Assembly: GCF_009914755.1 (NCBI RefSeq)
Contig: NC_060948.1
DNA from: the human T2T-CHM13v2.0 reference genome, Homo sapiens
DNA length: 64,000 bases
Direction: 5' to 3' (one strand)
In this document: positions 27,201 to 39,500 of the stretch, piece by piece
Layout: each line of letters begins with the position of its first letter
How positions within the stretch are numbered: the first letter of the stretch is position 1
Program-made: the position numbers and the translations under genes
Notes under the pieces: model-generated
Seen by the model: only the letters and a program-made list of their open reading frames with translations
The model's database searches: none
What the model was told of the DNA's origin: nothing

Positions 27201-30200
27201 GCAGGGGAGTGCAGTGGAATGAAGAGGAGTGTAGTTGAATGGAATGGAATGGTATGGAACGTACTGGAATGGAATGGATAAGAATGGAATGGAATGGAAT
27301 CGCATGGAATTGAATAGAATGAAATCGAATTGAATAGAATCAAATGGAAAAAATGGAGGCAAATGGAATCGAATGTCATAGAATCGAACGGTTTTGAATG
27401 TCAGTGAATGGAAACGAATGGAATGCGATGAAGTGGAGCGGAGTGGAGTGGAAAGGAGTGCAATGGAATAGGGTGGAACAGAATTTAATGGAACAGAGTG
27501 GATTGGAGTGGACTGAAGTGGAATGGAAAGGGAAGGAATGGGATTGAAAGGAGTGGCGTGCAGTGGAGTGGAGTGGCATGGAGTGGAGTGGAGTGGAATG
27601 GAGTGGAATGGAATGGAGTGGAATGGAGTGGATTGGAATGGAATGGAGTGCAGAGGAATGGAATGGAATGGTATAGAGTGGACAGGAATGGAGTGGAGTG
27701 GATTGGAATGGAATGGAATGTAAGGGAATGGAACTGAATGGACTGGAATGGAATGGAGTAGAATGGAATCGCAGGGAATCAAATTGGATTGAATCGAATC
27801 GAATGGAGAAAATGAAATCAAATGAAATTGAATGGAATCGAATTGAATGTAAACAATGGAATCCAATGGAGTCAAATGGAATCGAATCAAATGGTTTTGA
27901 ATGGCATCAAATGAAATGGCATGGAAGGCAGTGAATTGGAGTGGAGTGGAATAGAGAGGAATGAATTGGAATGGAGTGTAGTGGAATGGAGTGGATTGGA
28001 TTGGAATGGAATGGAATAGATTGGATTGGAGTGGTGCAGAGTGGAGTGGACTGGAGTGCAGAGGAATGGAGTGAAGTGAAGTCCAGTTGAGTGGAATGGA
28101 ATGGAGTGGAGCAGAGTGGAATTCAAAAGAATGAAGTGGATTGGTATGGAATGGAATGGCGTGGAATGGCGTGGAATAGAATGGAATGGAATCGCATGGA
28201 ATGATATGAAATCAAATCGAATTGAACGGAAAATTATGAATCCAATGGAATCGAAAGGATTCTAAAGGAATGGATTCGAAAGGCATTGAATGGAATGGAA
28301 AGGAATGCAGTGAAGTGGAGTGGAGTGGAGTGGAATGTTTTAGAGTGAACTGGGGTGGATTGGAACTCTATGGCGGGGAGTGGAGTGAAGTGGATTGGAG
28401 TGGAATGGAGCGCAATGGACTGGAGTGGAGTGGAATGGATTGGAGTGGAGTGGAGTGCATCGAAGTGGAGTGCTGTGGAGTGGACTAGAGTGGGGTGGAG
28501 TGGAGTGCATTGGAGTGGAATGGAACGGAGTGGGGTGGAATGGAATGGAATGGAATCAAATCGCATGGTAATGAATCAAATGGAATCAAATCGAATGGAA
28601 ATAATGGAATCGAAGGGAAACGAATGGAATCGAATTGCACTGATTCTACTGACTTCGAGGAAAATGAAATGAAATGCGGTGAAGTGGAATGGAGGGAATG
28701 TATTAGGGTGGAATGGAATTGAATGGTGTGGAGTGGAGTGGAGTGCCCAGGAGTGGAATGGGAAGAAATGGAATTGAACGGAGTGGAGTGCAGTGGAATG
28801 GGGGATAATGGAGTGGAGTAGAGTGGAGTGGAGTAGAGTGGAATGGGTTGGAGTGTAATGCAGAGTACAGGAGTGGAGTGCGGTGGACTGGAGTGGAGTG
28901 GAGTTGAGTGGAGTGGATTGGATTGAAATAGAGCGGAGCAGAGTGGAATGGAATTGAATCACATGGTATTGAATCAAATCGAATGGAATTAAATCGAATC
29001 AAAAAATGGAATCAAAAGCAAACGAATGGAGTCAAACCTCATTGGTTAAACTGACATCGAAAAATATCAAATGAAATGTGGTGAAGTGGAGTGGAGTGTA
29101 ATGAAATGGGGTGGAATGAAATTGAATGGATTGGAGTGGATTGGAGTCTACTGGAGTGGAATGGAACGGAATGCAAAGGAATGGAATAGAATGCAGTGAA
29201 GTGCAGTGCAGTGAAGTGGAGTGGAAAGGAATGGAATGGAATGGAATGGAATGGAATGGAATGGAACGGAATCAAATGGTATCGAAGTGAATCGAATCTA
29301 ATGAAATTGATCGGAAAAAATGGAATGGAGTAGAATCGAATAAGATGGATTCAAAGGCAACAAATAGAATTGAATGGAATGCGGTGAGGTGGAGGGCATT
29401 GGAATGGAGTTGAATGGAATGGGGTATAATTGAATTGAATGGAGTGGAGTGGATTGTAGTGGACTGGAGTGGAATGGAACGGAATGGGCAGGAATGGAAT
29501 TGAAAGGGGTGAATTGGAATTGAGTGCTGTGGATTGGAGTAGACTGCATTCTAGTGGATTGGAGTGGAAAGAAGTGGAGTGGAATGGAATGGAATGCAAT
29601 GGAGTGGAGTGGAATGGAATGGAGTGGAGTAGAATGGAATTTAATGGAGTGGAGTGGAATTGAGTGGAATGGAGAGTAATGGAGTGGAGTGGACTGGAGC
29701 GAAGTGGAGTGTAGTGCATTGGACTGTAGGGGATTGAAGTGGCTTGGAGTGCAATGGAGTGGAGTGGAATGGAATGTAATGGATTGGAATGGAATGGAGT
29801 GGAATGGAATCGAATCACATGGAACTGAATCAAATCGAATTGAATGAAATTGAATGGAAAAATGGAATGAAATGGAATCAAATCGAATGGATTCGAATGA
29901 CATTGAATGGAATCGAAAGGAATGCAGTGAGGTGGAGTTGAGTGGAGTGGAGTGGAATGGAATGGGATGAATGGAATTGACTGGAGAGGAGTGGAATGGA
30001 ATGGAATGGAAAGGAATGGAATTGAACGACATGGAGTGTAGTAGAATGTAGTGGATTGGAGTGGAGTGCAGGGGAGTGCAGTGGAATGAAGAGGAGTGTA
30101 GTTGAATGGAATGGAATGGTATGGAACGTACTGGAATGGAATGGATAAGAATGGAATGGAATGGAATCGCATGGAATTGAATAGAATGAAATCGAATTGA

Positions 30201-33200
30201 ATAGAATCAAATGGAAAAAATGGAGGCAAATGGAATCGAATGTCATAGAATCGAACGGTTTTGAATGTCAGTGAATGGAAACGAATGGAATGCGATGAAG
30301 TGGAGCGGAGTGGAGTGGAAAGGAGTGCAATGGAATAGGGTGGAACAGAATTTAATGGAACAGAGTGGATTGGAGTGGACTGGAGTGGAATGGAAAGGGA
30401 AGGAATGGGATTGAAAGGAGTGGCGTGCAGTGGAGTGGAGTGGCATGGAGTGGAGTGGAGTGGAATGGAGTGGAATGGAATGGAGTGGAATGGAGTGGAT
30501 TGGAATGGAATGGAGTGCAGAGGAATGGAATGGAATGGTATAGAGTGGACAGGAATGGAGTGGAGTGGATTGGAATGGAATGGAATGTAAGGGAATGGAA
30601 CTGAATGGACTGGAATGGAATGGAGTAGAATGGAATCGCAGGGAATCAAATTGGATTGAATCGAATCGAATGGAGAAAATGAAATCAAATGAAATTGAAT
30701 GGAATCGAATTGAATGTAAACAATGGAATCCAATGGAGTCAAATGGAATCGAATCAAATGGTTTTGAATGGCATCAAGTGAAATGGCATGGAAGGCAGTG
30801 AATTGGAGTGGAGTGGAATAGAGAGGAATGAATTGGAATGGAGTGTAGTGGAATGGAGTGGATTCCAATGGATTGGAGTGGATTGGATTGGAATGGAATG
30901 GAATAGATTGGATTGGAGTGGTGCAGAGTGGAGTGGACTGGAGTGCAGAGGAATGGAGTGGAGTGAAGTCCAGTTGAGTGGAATGGAATGGAGTGGAGCA
31001 GAGTGGAATTCAAAAGAATGAAGTGGATTGGTATGGAATGGAATGGCGTGGAATGGCGTGGAATAGAATGGAATGGAATCGCATGGAATGATATGAAATC
31101 AAATCGAATTGAACGGAAAATTATGAATCCAATGGAATCGAAAGGATTCTAAAGGAATGGATTCGAAAGGCATTGAATGGAATGGAAAGGAATGCAGTGA
31201 AGTGGAGTGGAGTGGAGTGGAATGTTTTAGAGTGAACTGGGGTGGATTGGAACTCTATGGCGGGGAGTGGAGTGAAGTGGATTGGAGTGGAATGGAGTGC
31301 AATGGACTGGAGTGGAGTGGAATGGATTGGAGTGGAGTGGAGTGGATCGGAGTGGAGTGCTGTGCAGTGGACTAGAGTGGGGTGGAGTGGAGTGCATTGG
31401 AGTGGAATGGAACGGAGTGGGGTGGAATGGAATGGAATGGAATCAAATCGCATGGTAATGAATCAAATGGAATCAAATCGAATGGAAATAATGGAATCGA
31501 AGGGAAACGAATGGAATCGAATTGCACTGATTCTACTGACTTCGAGGAAAATGAAATGAAATGCGGTGAAGTGGAATGGAGGGAATGTATTAGGGTGGAA
31601 TGGAATTGAATGGTGTGGAGTGGAGTGGAGTGCCCAGGAGTGGAATGGGAAGAAATGGAATTGAACGGAGTGGAGTGGAGTGGAATGGGGGATAATGGAG
31701 TGGAGTAGAGTGGAGTGGAGTAGAGTGGAATGGGTTGGAGTGTAATGCAGAGTACAGGAGTGGAGTGCGGTGGACTGGAGTGGAGTGGAGTTGAGTGGAG
31801 TGGATTGGATTGAAATAGAGCGGAGCAGAGTGGAATGGAATTGAATCACATGGTATTGAATCAAATCGAATGGAATTAAATCGAATCAAAAAATGGAATC
31901 AAAAGCAAACGAATGGAGTCAAACCTCATTGGTTAAACTGACATCGAAAAATATCAAATGAAATGTGGTGAAGTGGAGTGGAGTGTAATGAAATGGGGTG
32001 GAATGAAATTGAATGGAGTGGAGTGGATTGGAGTCTACTGGAGTGGAATGGAACGGAATGTAAAGGAATGGAATAGAATGCAGTGAAGTGCAGTGCAGTG
32101 AAATGGAGTGGAAAGGAATGGAATGGAATGGAATGGAATGGAATGGAACGGAATCAAATGGTATCGTAGTGAATTGAATCTAATGAAATTGATCGGAAAA
32201 AATGGAATGGAGTAGAATCGAATAAGATGGATTCAAAGGCAACAAATAGAATTGAATGGAATGCGGTGAGGTGGAGGGCATTGGAATGGAGTTGAATGGA
32301 ATGGGGTATAATTGAATTGAATGGAGTGGAGTGGATTGTAGTGGACTGGAGTGGAATGGAACGGAATGGGCAGGAATGGAATTGAAAGGGGTGAATTGGA
32401 ATTGAGTGCTGTGGATTGGAGTAGACTGCATTCTAGTGGATTGGAGTGGAAAGAAGTGGAGTGGAATGGAATGGAATGCAATGGAGTGGAGTGGAATGGA
32501 ATGGAGTGGAGTAGAATGGAATTTAATGGAGTGGAGTGGAATTGAGTGGAATGGAGAGTAATGGAGTGGAGTGGACTGGAGCGAAGTGGAGTGTAGTGCA
32601 TTGGACTGTAGGGGATTGAAGTGGCTTGGAGTGCAATGGAGTGGAGTGGAATGGAATGTAATGGAATGGAATGGAATGGAGTGGAATGGAGTGGAATGGA
32701 ATCGAATCACATGGAACTGAATCAAATCGAATTGAATGAAATTGAATGGAAAAAATGGAATGAAATGGAATCAAATCGAATGGATTCGAATGACATTGAA
32801 TGGAATCGAAAGGAATGCAGTGAGGTGGAGTTGAGTGGAGTGGAGTGGAATGGAATGGGATGAATGGAATTGACTGGAGAGGAGTGGAATGGAATGGAAT
32901 GGAAAGGAATGGAATTGAACGAAATGGAGTGTAGTAGAATGTAGTGGATTGGAGTGGAGTGCAGGGGAGTGCAGTGGAATGAAGAGGAGTGTAGTTGAAT
33001 GGAATGGAATGGTATGGAACGTACTGGAATGGAATGGATAAGAATGGAATGGAATGGAATCGCATGGAATTGAATAGAATGAAATCGAATTGAATAGAAT
33101 CAAATGGAAAAAATGGAGGCAAATGGAATCGAATGTCATAGAATCGAACGGTTTTGAATGTCAGTGAATGGAAACGAATGGAATGCGATGAAGTGGAGCG

Positions 33201-33530
33201 GAGTGGAGTGGAAAGGAGTGCAATGGAATAGGGTGGAACAGAATTTAATGGAACAGAGTGGATTGGAGTGGACTGGAGTGGAATGGAAAGGGAAGGAATG
33301 GGATTGAAAGGAGTGGCGTGCAGTGGAGTGGAGTGGCATGGAGTGGAGTGGAGTGGAATGGAGTGGAATGGAATGGAGTGGAATGGAGTGGATTGGAATG
33401 GAATGGAGTGCAGAGGAATGGAATGGAATGGTATAGAGTGGACAGGAATGGAGTGGAGTGGATTGGAATGGAATGGAATGTAAGGGAATGGAACTGAATG
33501 GACTGGAATGGAATGGAGTAGAATGGAATC
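21240..33530 (+). repeat. Two-unit (5760 bp) tandem duplication within the array
   Basis: Rare variants recur at exactly +5760: GTGAAGTGAA (22311/28071), GAACGACATGG (~24265/~30025), GCATCAAGTG (25011/30771), the 20-bp insertion (25105/30865) and GTATCGTAGT (26401/32161). Anchors 23538->29298 and 26420->32180 are both 5760 apart. Confidence 0.88.
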
Positions 33531-36500
33531 ACAGGGAATCAAATTGGATTGAATCGAATCGAATGGAGAAAATGAAATCAAATGAAATTGAATGGAATCG
33601 AATTGAAAGTAAACAATGGAATCCAATGGAGTCAAATGGAATCGAATCAAATGGTTTTGAATGGCATCAAATGAAATGGCATGGAAGGCAGTAAATTGGA
33701 GTGGAGTGGAATAGAGAGGAATGAATTGGAATGGAGTGTAGTGGAATGGAGTGGATTGGATTGGAATGGAATGGAATAGATTGGATTGGAGTGGTGCAGA
33801 GTGGAGTGGACTGGAGTGCAGAGGAATGGAGTGGAGTGAAGTCCAGTTGAGTGGAATGGAATGGAGTGGAGCAGAGTGGAATTCAAAAGAATGAAGTGGA
33901 TTGGTATGGAATGGAGTGGCGTGGAATGGCGTGGAATAGAAAGGAAGGGAATCGCATGGAATGATATGAAATCAAATTGAATTGAACGGAAAATTATGAA
34001 TCCAATGGAATCGAAAGGATTCTAAAGGAATGGATTCGAAAGACATTGAATGGAATGGAAAGGAATGCAGTGAAGTGGAGTGGAGTGGAGTGGAATGTTT
34101 TAGAGTGAACTGGGGTGGATTGGAACTCTATGGCGGGGAGTGGAGTGAAGTGGATTGGAGTGGAATGGAGTGCAATGGACTGGAGTGGAGTGGAATGGAT
34201 TGGAGTGGAGTGCAGTGGATCGGAGTGGAGTGCTGTGGAGTGGACTAGAGTGGGGTGGAGTGGAGTGCATTGGAGTGGAATGGAACGGAGTGGGGTGGAA
34301 TGGAATGGAATGGAATCAAATCGCATGGTAATGAATCAAATGGAATCAAATCGAATGGAAATAATGGAATCGAAGGGAAACGAATGGAATCGAATTGCAC
34401 TGATTCTACTGACTTCGAGGAAACTGAAATGAAATGCGGTGAAGTGGAATGGAGGGAATGTATTAGGGTGGAATGGAATTGAATGGTGTGGAGTGGAGTG
34501 GAGTGCCCAGGAGTGGAATGGGAAGAAATGGAATTGAACGGAGTGGAGTGGAGTGGAATGGGGGATAATGGAGTGGATTAGAGTGGAGTGGAGTAGAGTG
34601 GAATGGGTTGGAGTGTAATGCAGAGTACAGGAGTGGAGTGCGGTGGACTGGAGTGGAGTGGAGTTGAGTGGAGTGGATTGGATTGAAATAGAGCGGAGCA
34701 GAGTGGAATGGAATTGAATCACATGGTATTGAATCAAATCGAATGGAATTAAATCGAATCAAAAAATGGAATCAAAAGCAAACGAATGGAGTCAAACCTC
34801 ATTGGTTAAACTGACATCGAAAAATATCAAATGAAATGTGGTGAAGTGGAGTGGAGTGTAATGAAATGGGGTGGAATGAAATTGAATGGAGTGGAGTGGA
34901 TTGGAGTCTACTGGAGTGGAATGGAACGGAATGCAAAGGAATGGAATAGAACGCAGTGAAGTGCAGTGCAGTGAAATGGAGTGGAAAGGAATGGAATGGA
35001 ATGGAATGGAACGGAATGAAATGGTATCGAAGTGAATCGAATCTAATGAAATTGATCGGAAAAAATGGAATGGAGTAGAATCGAATAAGATGGATTCAAA
35101 GGCAACAAATAGAATTGAATGGAATGCGGTGAGGTGGAGGGCATTGGAATGGAGTTTAATGGAATGGGGTATAATTGAATTGAATGGAGTGGAGTGGATT
35201 GTAGTGGACTGGAGTGGAATGGAACGGAATGGGCAGGAATGGAATTGAAAGGGTTGAATTGGAATTGAGTGCTGTGGATTGGAGTAGACTGCATTCTAGT
35301 GGATTGGAGTGGAAAGAAGTGGAGTGGAATGGAATGGAATGCAATGGAGTGGAGTGGAATGGAATGGAGTGGAGTAGAATGGAATTTAATGGAGTGGAGT
35401 GGAATTGAGTGGAAAGGAGAGTAATGGAGTGGAGTGGACTGGAGCGAAGTGGAGTGTAGTGCATTGGACTGTAGGGGATTGAAGTGGCTTGGAGTGCAAT
35501 GGAGTGGAGTGGAATGTAATGTAATGGAATGGAATGGAATGGAATGGAATGGAGTGGAATGGAATCGAATCACATGGAACTGAATCAAATCGAATTGAAT
35601 GAAATTGAATGGAAAAAATGGAATGAAATGGAATCAAATCGAATGGATTCGAATGACATTGAATGGAATCGAAAGGAATGCAGTGAGGTGGAGTTGAGTG
35701 GTGTGCAGTGGAATGGAATGGGATGAATGGAATTGACTGGAGAGGAGTGGAATGGAATGGAATGGAAAGGAATGGAATTGAACGAAATGGAGTGTAGTAG
35801 AATGTAGTGGATTGGAGTGGAGTGCAGGGGAGTGCAGTGGAATGAAGAGGAGTGTAGTCGAATGGAATGGAATGGTATGGAACGTACTGGAATGGAATGG
35901 ATAAGAATGGAATGGAATGGAATCGCATGGAATTGAATAGAATGAAATCGAATTGAATAGAATCAAATGGAAAAAATGGAGGCAAATGGAATCGAATGTC
36001 ATAGAATCGAACGGTTTTAATGTCAGTGAATGGAAACGAATGGAATGCGATGAAGTGGAGCGGAGTGGAGTGGAAAGGAGTGCAATGGAATAGGGTGGAA
36101 GAGAATTTAATGGAACAGAGTGGATTGGAGTGGACTGGAGTGGAATGGAAAGGGAAGGAATGGGATTGAAAGGAGTGGCGTGCAGTGGAGTGGAGTGGCA
36201 TGGAGTGGAGTGGAGTGGAATGGAGTGGAATGGAATGGAGTGGAATGGAGTGGATTGGAATGGAATGGAGTGCAGAGGAATGGAATGGAATAGTATAGAG
36301 TGGACAGGAATGGAGTGGAGTGGATTGGAATGGAATGGAATGTAAGGGAATGGAACTGAATGGACTGGAATGGAATGGAATAGAATGGAATCGCAGGGAA
36401 TCAAATTGGATTGAATCGAATCGAATGGAGAAAATGAAATCAAATGAAATTGAATGGAATCGAATTGAATGTAAACAATGGAATCCAATGGAGTCAAATG

Positions 36501-39500
36501 GAATCGAATCAAATGGTTTTGAATGGCATCAAATGAAATGGCATGGAAGGCAGTGAATTGGAGTGGAGTGGAATAGAGAGGAATGAATTGGAATGGAGTG
36601 TAGTGGAATGGAGTGGATTCCAATGGATTGGAGTGGATTGGATTGGAATGGAATGGAATAGATTGGATTGGAGTGGTGCAGAGTGGAGTGGACTGGAGTG
36701 CAGAGGAATGGAGTGGAGTGAAGTCCAGTTGAGTGGAATGGAATGGAGTGGAGCAGAGTGGAATTCAAAAGAATGAAGTGGATTGGTATGGAATGGAATG
36801 GCGTGGAATGGCGTGGAATAGAATGGAATGGAATCGCATGGAATGATATGAAATCAAATCGAATTGAACGGAAAATTATGAATCCAATGGAATCGAAAGG
36901 ATTCTAAAGGAATGGATTCGAAAGGCATTGAATGGAATAGAAAGGAATGCAGTGAAGTGGAGTGGAGTGGAGTGGAATGTTTTAGAGTGAACTGGGGTGG
37001 ATTGGAACTCTATGGCGGGGAGTGGAGTGAAGTGGATTGGAGTGGAATGGAGTGCAATGGACTGGAGCGGAGTGGAATGGATTGGAGTGGAGTGGAGTGG
37101 ATCGGAGTGGAGTGCTGTGGAGTGGACTAGAGTGGGGTGGAGTGGAGTGCATTGGAGTGGAATGGAACGGAGTGGGGTGGAATGGAATGGAATGGAATCA
37201 AATCGCATGGTAATGAATCAAATGGAATCAAATCGAATGGAAATAATGGAATCGAAGGGAAACGAATGGAATCGAATTGCACTGATTCTACTGACTTCGA
37301 GGAAAATGAAATGAAATGCGGTGAAGTGGAATGGAGGGAATGTATTAGGGTGGAATGGAATTGAATGGTGTGGAGTGGAGTGCCCAGGAGTGGAATGGGA
37401 AGAAAAGGAATTGAACGGAGTGGAGTGGAGTGGAATGGGGGATAATGGAGTGGAGTAGAGTGGAGTGGAGTAGAGTGGAATGGGTTGGAGTGTAATGCAG
37501 AGTACAGGAGTGGAGTGCGGTGGACTGGAGTGGAGTGGAGTTGAGTGGATTGGATTGGATTGAAATAGAGCGGAGCAGAGAGGAATGGAATTGAATCACA
37601 TGGTATTGAATCAAATCGAATGGAATTAAATCGAATGAAAAAATGGAATCAAAAGCAAACGAATGGAGTCAAACCTCATTGGTTAAACTGACATCGAAAA
37701 ATATCAAATGAAATGTGGTGAAGTGGAGTGGAGTGTAATGAAATGGGGTGGAATGAAATTGAATGGATTGGAGTGGATTGGAGTCTACTGGAGTGGAATG
37801 GAACGGAATGCAAAGGAATGGAATAGAATGCAGTGAAGTGCAGTGCAGTGAAGTGGAGTGGAAAGGAATGGAATGGAATGGAATGGAATGGAACGGAATC
37901 AAATGGTATCGAAGTGAATCGAATCTAATGAAATTGATCGGAAAAAATGGAATGGAGTAGAATCGAATAAGATGGATTCAAAGGCAACAAATAGAATTGA
38001 ATGGAATGCGGTGAGGTGGAGGGCATTGGAATGGAGTTGAATGGAATGGGGTATAATTGAATTGAATGGAGTGGAGTGGATTGTAGTGGACTGGAGTGGA
38101 ATGGAACGGAATGGGCAGGAATGGAATTGAAAGGGTTGAATTGGAATTGAGTGCTGTGGATTGGAGTAGACTGCATTCTAGTGGATTGCAGTGGAAAGAA
38201 GTGGAGTGGAATGGAATGGAATGCAATGGAGTGGAGTGGAATGGAATGGAGTGGAGTAGAATGGAATTTAATGGAGTGGAGTGGAATTGAGTGGAATGGA
38301 GAGTAATGGAGTGGAGTGGACTGGAGCGAAGTGGAGTGTAGTGCATTGGACTGTAGGGGATTGAAGTGGCTTGGAGTGCAATGGAGTGGAATGGAATGGA
38401 ATGTAATGGAATGGAATGGAATGGAATGGAATGGAGTGGAATGGAATCGAATCACATGGAACTGAATCAAATCGAATTGAATGAAATTGAATGGAAAAAA
38501 TGGAATGAAATGGAATCAAATCGAATGGATTCGAATGACATTGAATGGAATCGAAAGGAATGCAGTGAGGTGGAGTTGAGTGGTGTGCAGTGGAATGGAA
38601 TGGGATGAATGGAATTGACTGGAGAGGAGTGGAATGGAATGGAATGGAAAGGAATGGAATTGAACGAAATGGAGTGTAGTAGAATGTAGTGGATTGGAGT
38701 GGAGTGCAGGGGAGTGCAGTGGAATGAAGAGGAGTGTAGTTGAATGGAATGGAATGGTATGGAACGTACTGGAATGGAATGGATAAGAATGGAATGGAAT
38801 GGAATCGCATGGAATTGAATAGAATGAAATCGAATTGAATAGAATCAAATGGAAAAAATGGAGGCAAATGGAATCGAATGTCATAGAATCGAACGGTTTT
38901 AATGTCAGTGAATGTAAACGAATGGAATGCGATGAAGTGGAGCGGAGTGGAGTGGAAAGGAGTGCAATGGAATAGGGTGGAACAGAATTTAATGGAACAG
39001 AGTGGATTGGAGTGGACTGGAGTGGAATGGAAAGGGAAGGAATGGGATTGAAAGGAGTGGCGTGCAGTGGAGTGGAGTGGCATGGAGTGGAGTGGAGTGG
39101 AATGGAATGGAATGGAATGGAGTGGAATGGAGTGGATTGGAATGGAATGGAGTGCAGAGGAATGGAATGGAATGGTATAGAGTGGACAGGAATGGAGTGG
39201 AGTGGATTGGAATGGAATGGAATGTAAGGGAATGGAACTGAATGGACTGGAATGGAATGGAATAGAATGGAATCGCAGGGAATCAAATTGGATTGAATCG
39301 AATCGAATGGAGAAAATGAAATCAAATGAAATTGAATGGAATCGAATTGAATGTAAACAATGGAATCCAATGGAGTCAAATGGAATCGAATCAAATGGTT
39401 TTGAATGGCATCAAATGAAATGGCATGGAAGGCAGTGAATTGGAGTGGAGTGGAATAGAGAGGAATGAATTGGAATGGAGTGTAGTGGAATGGAGTGGAT

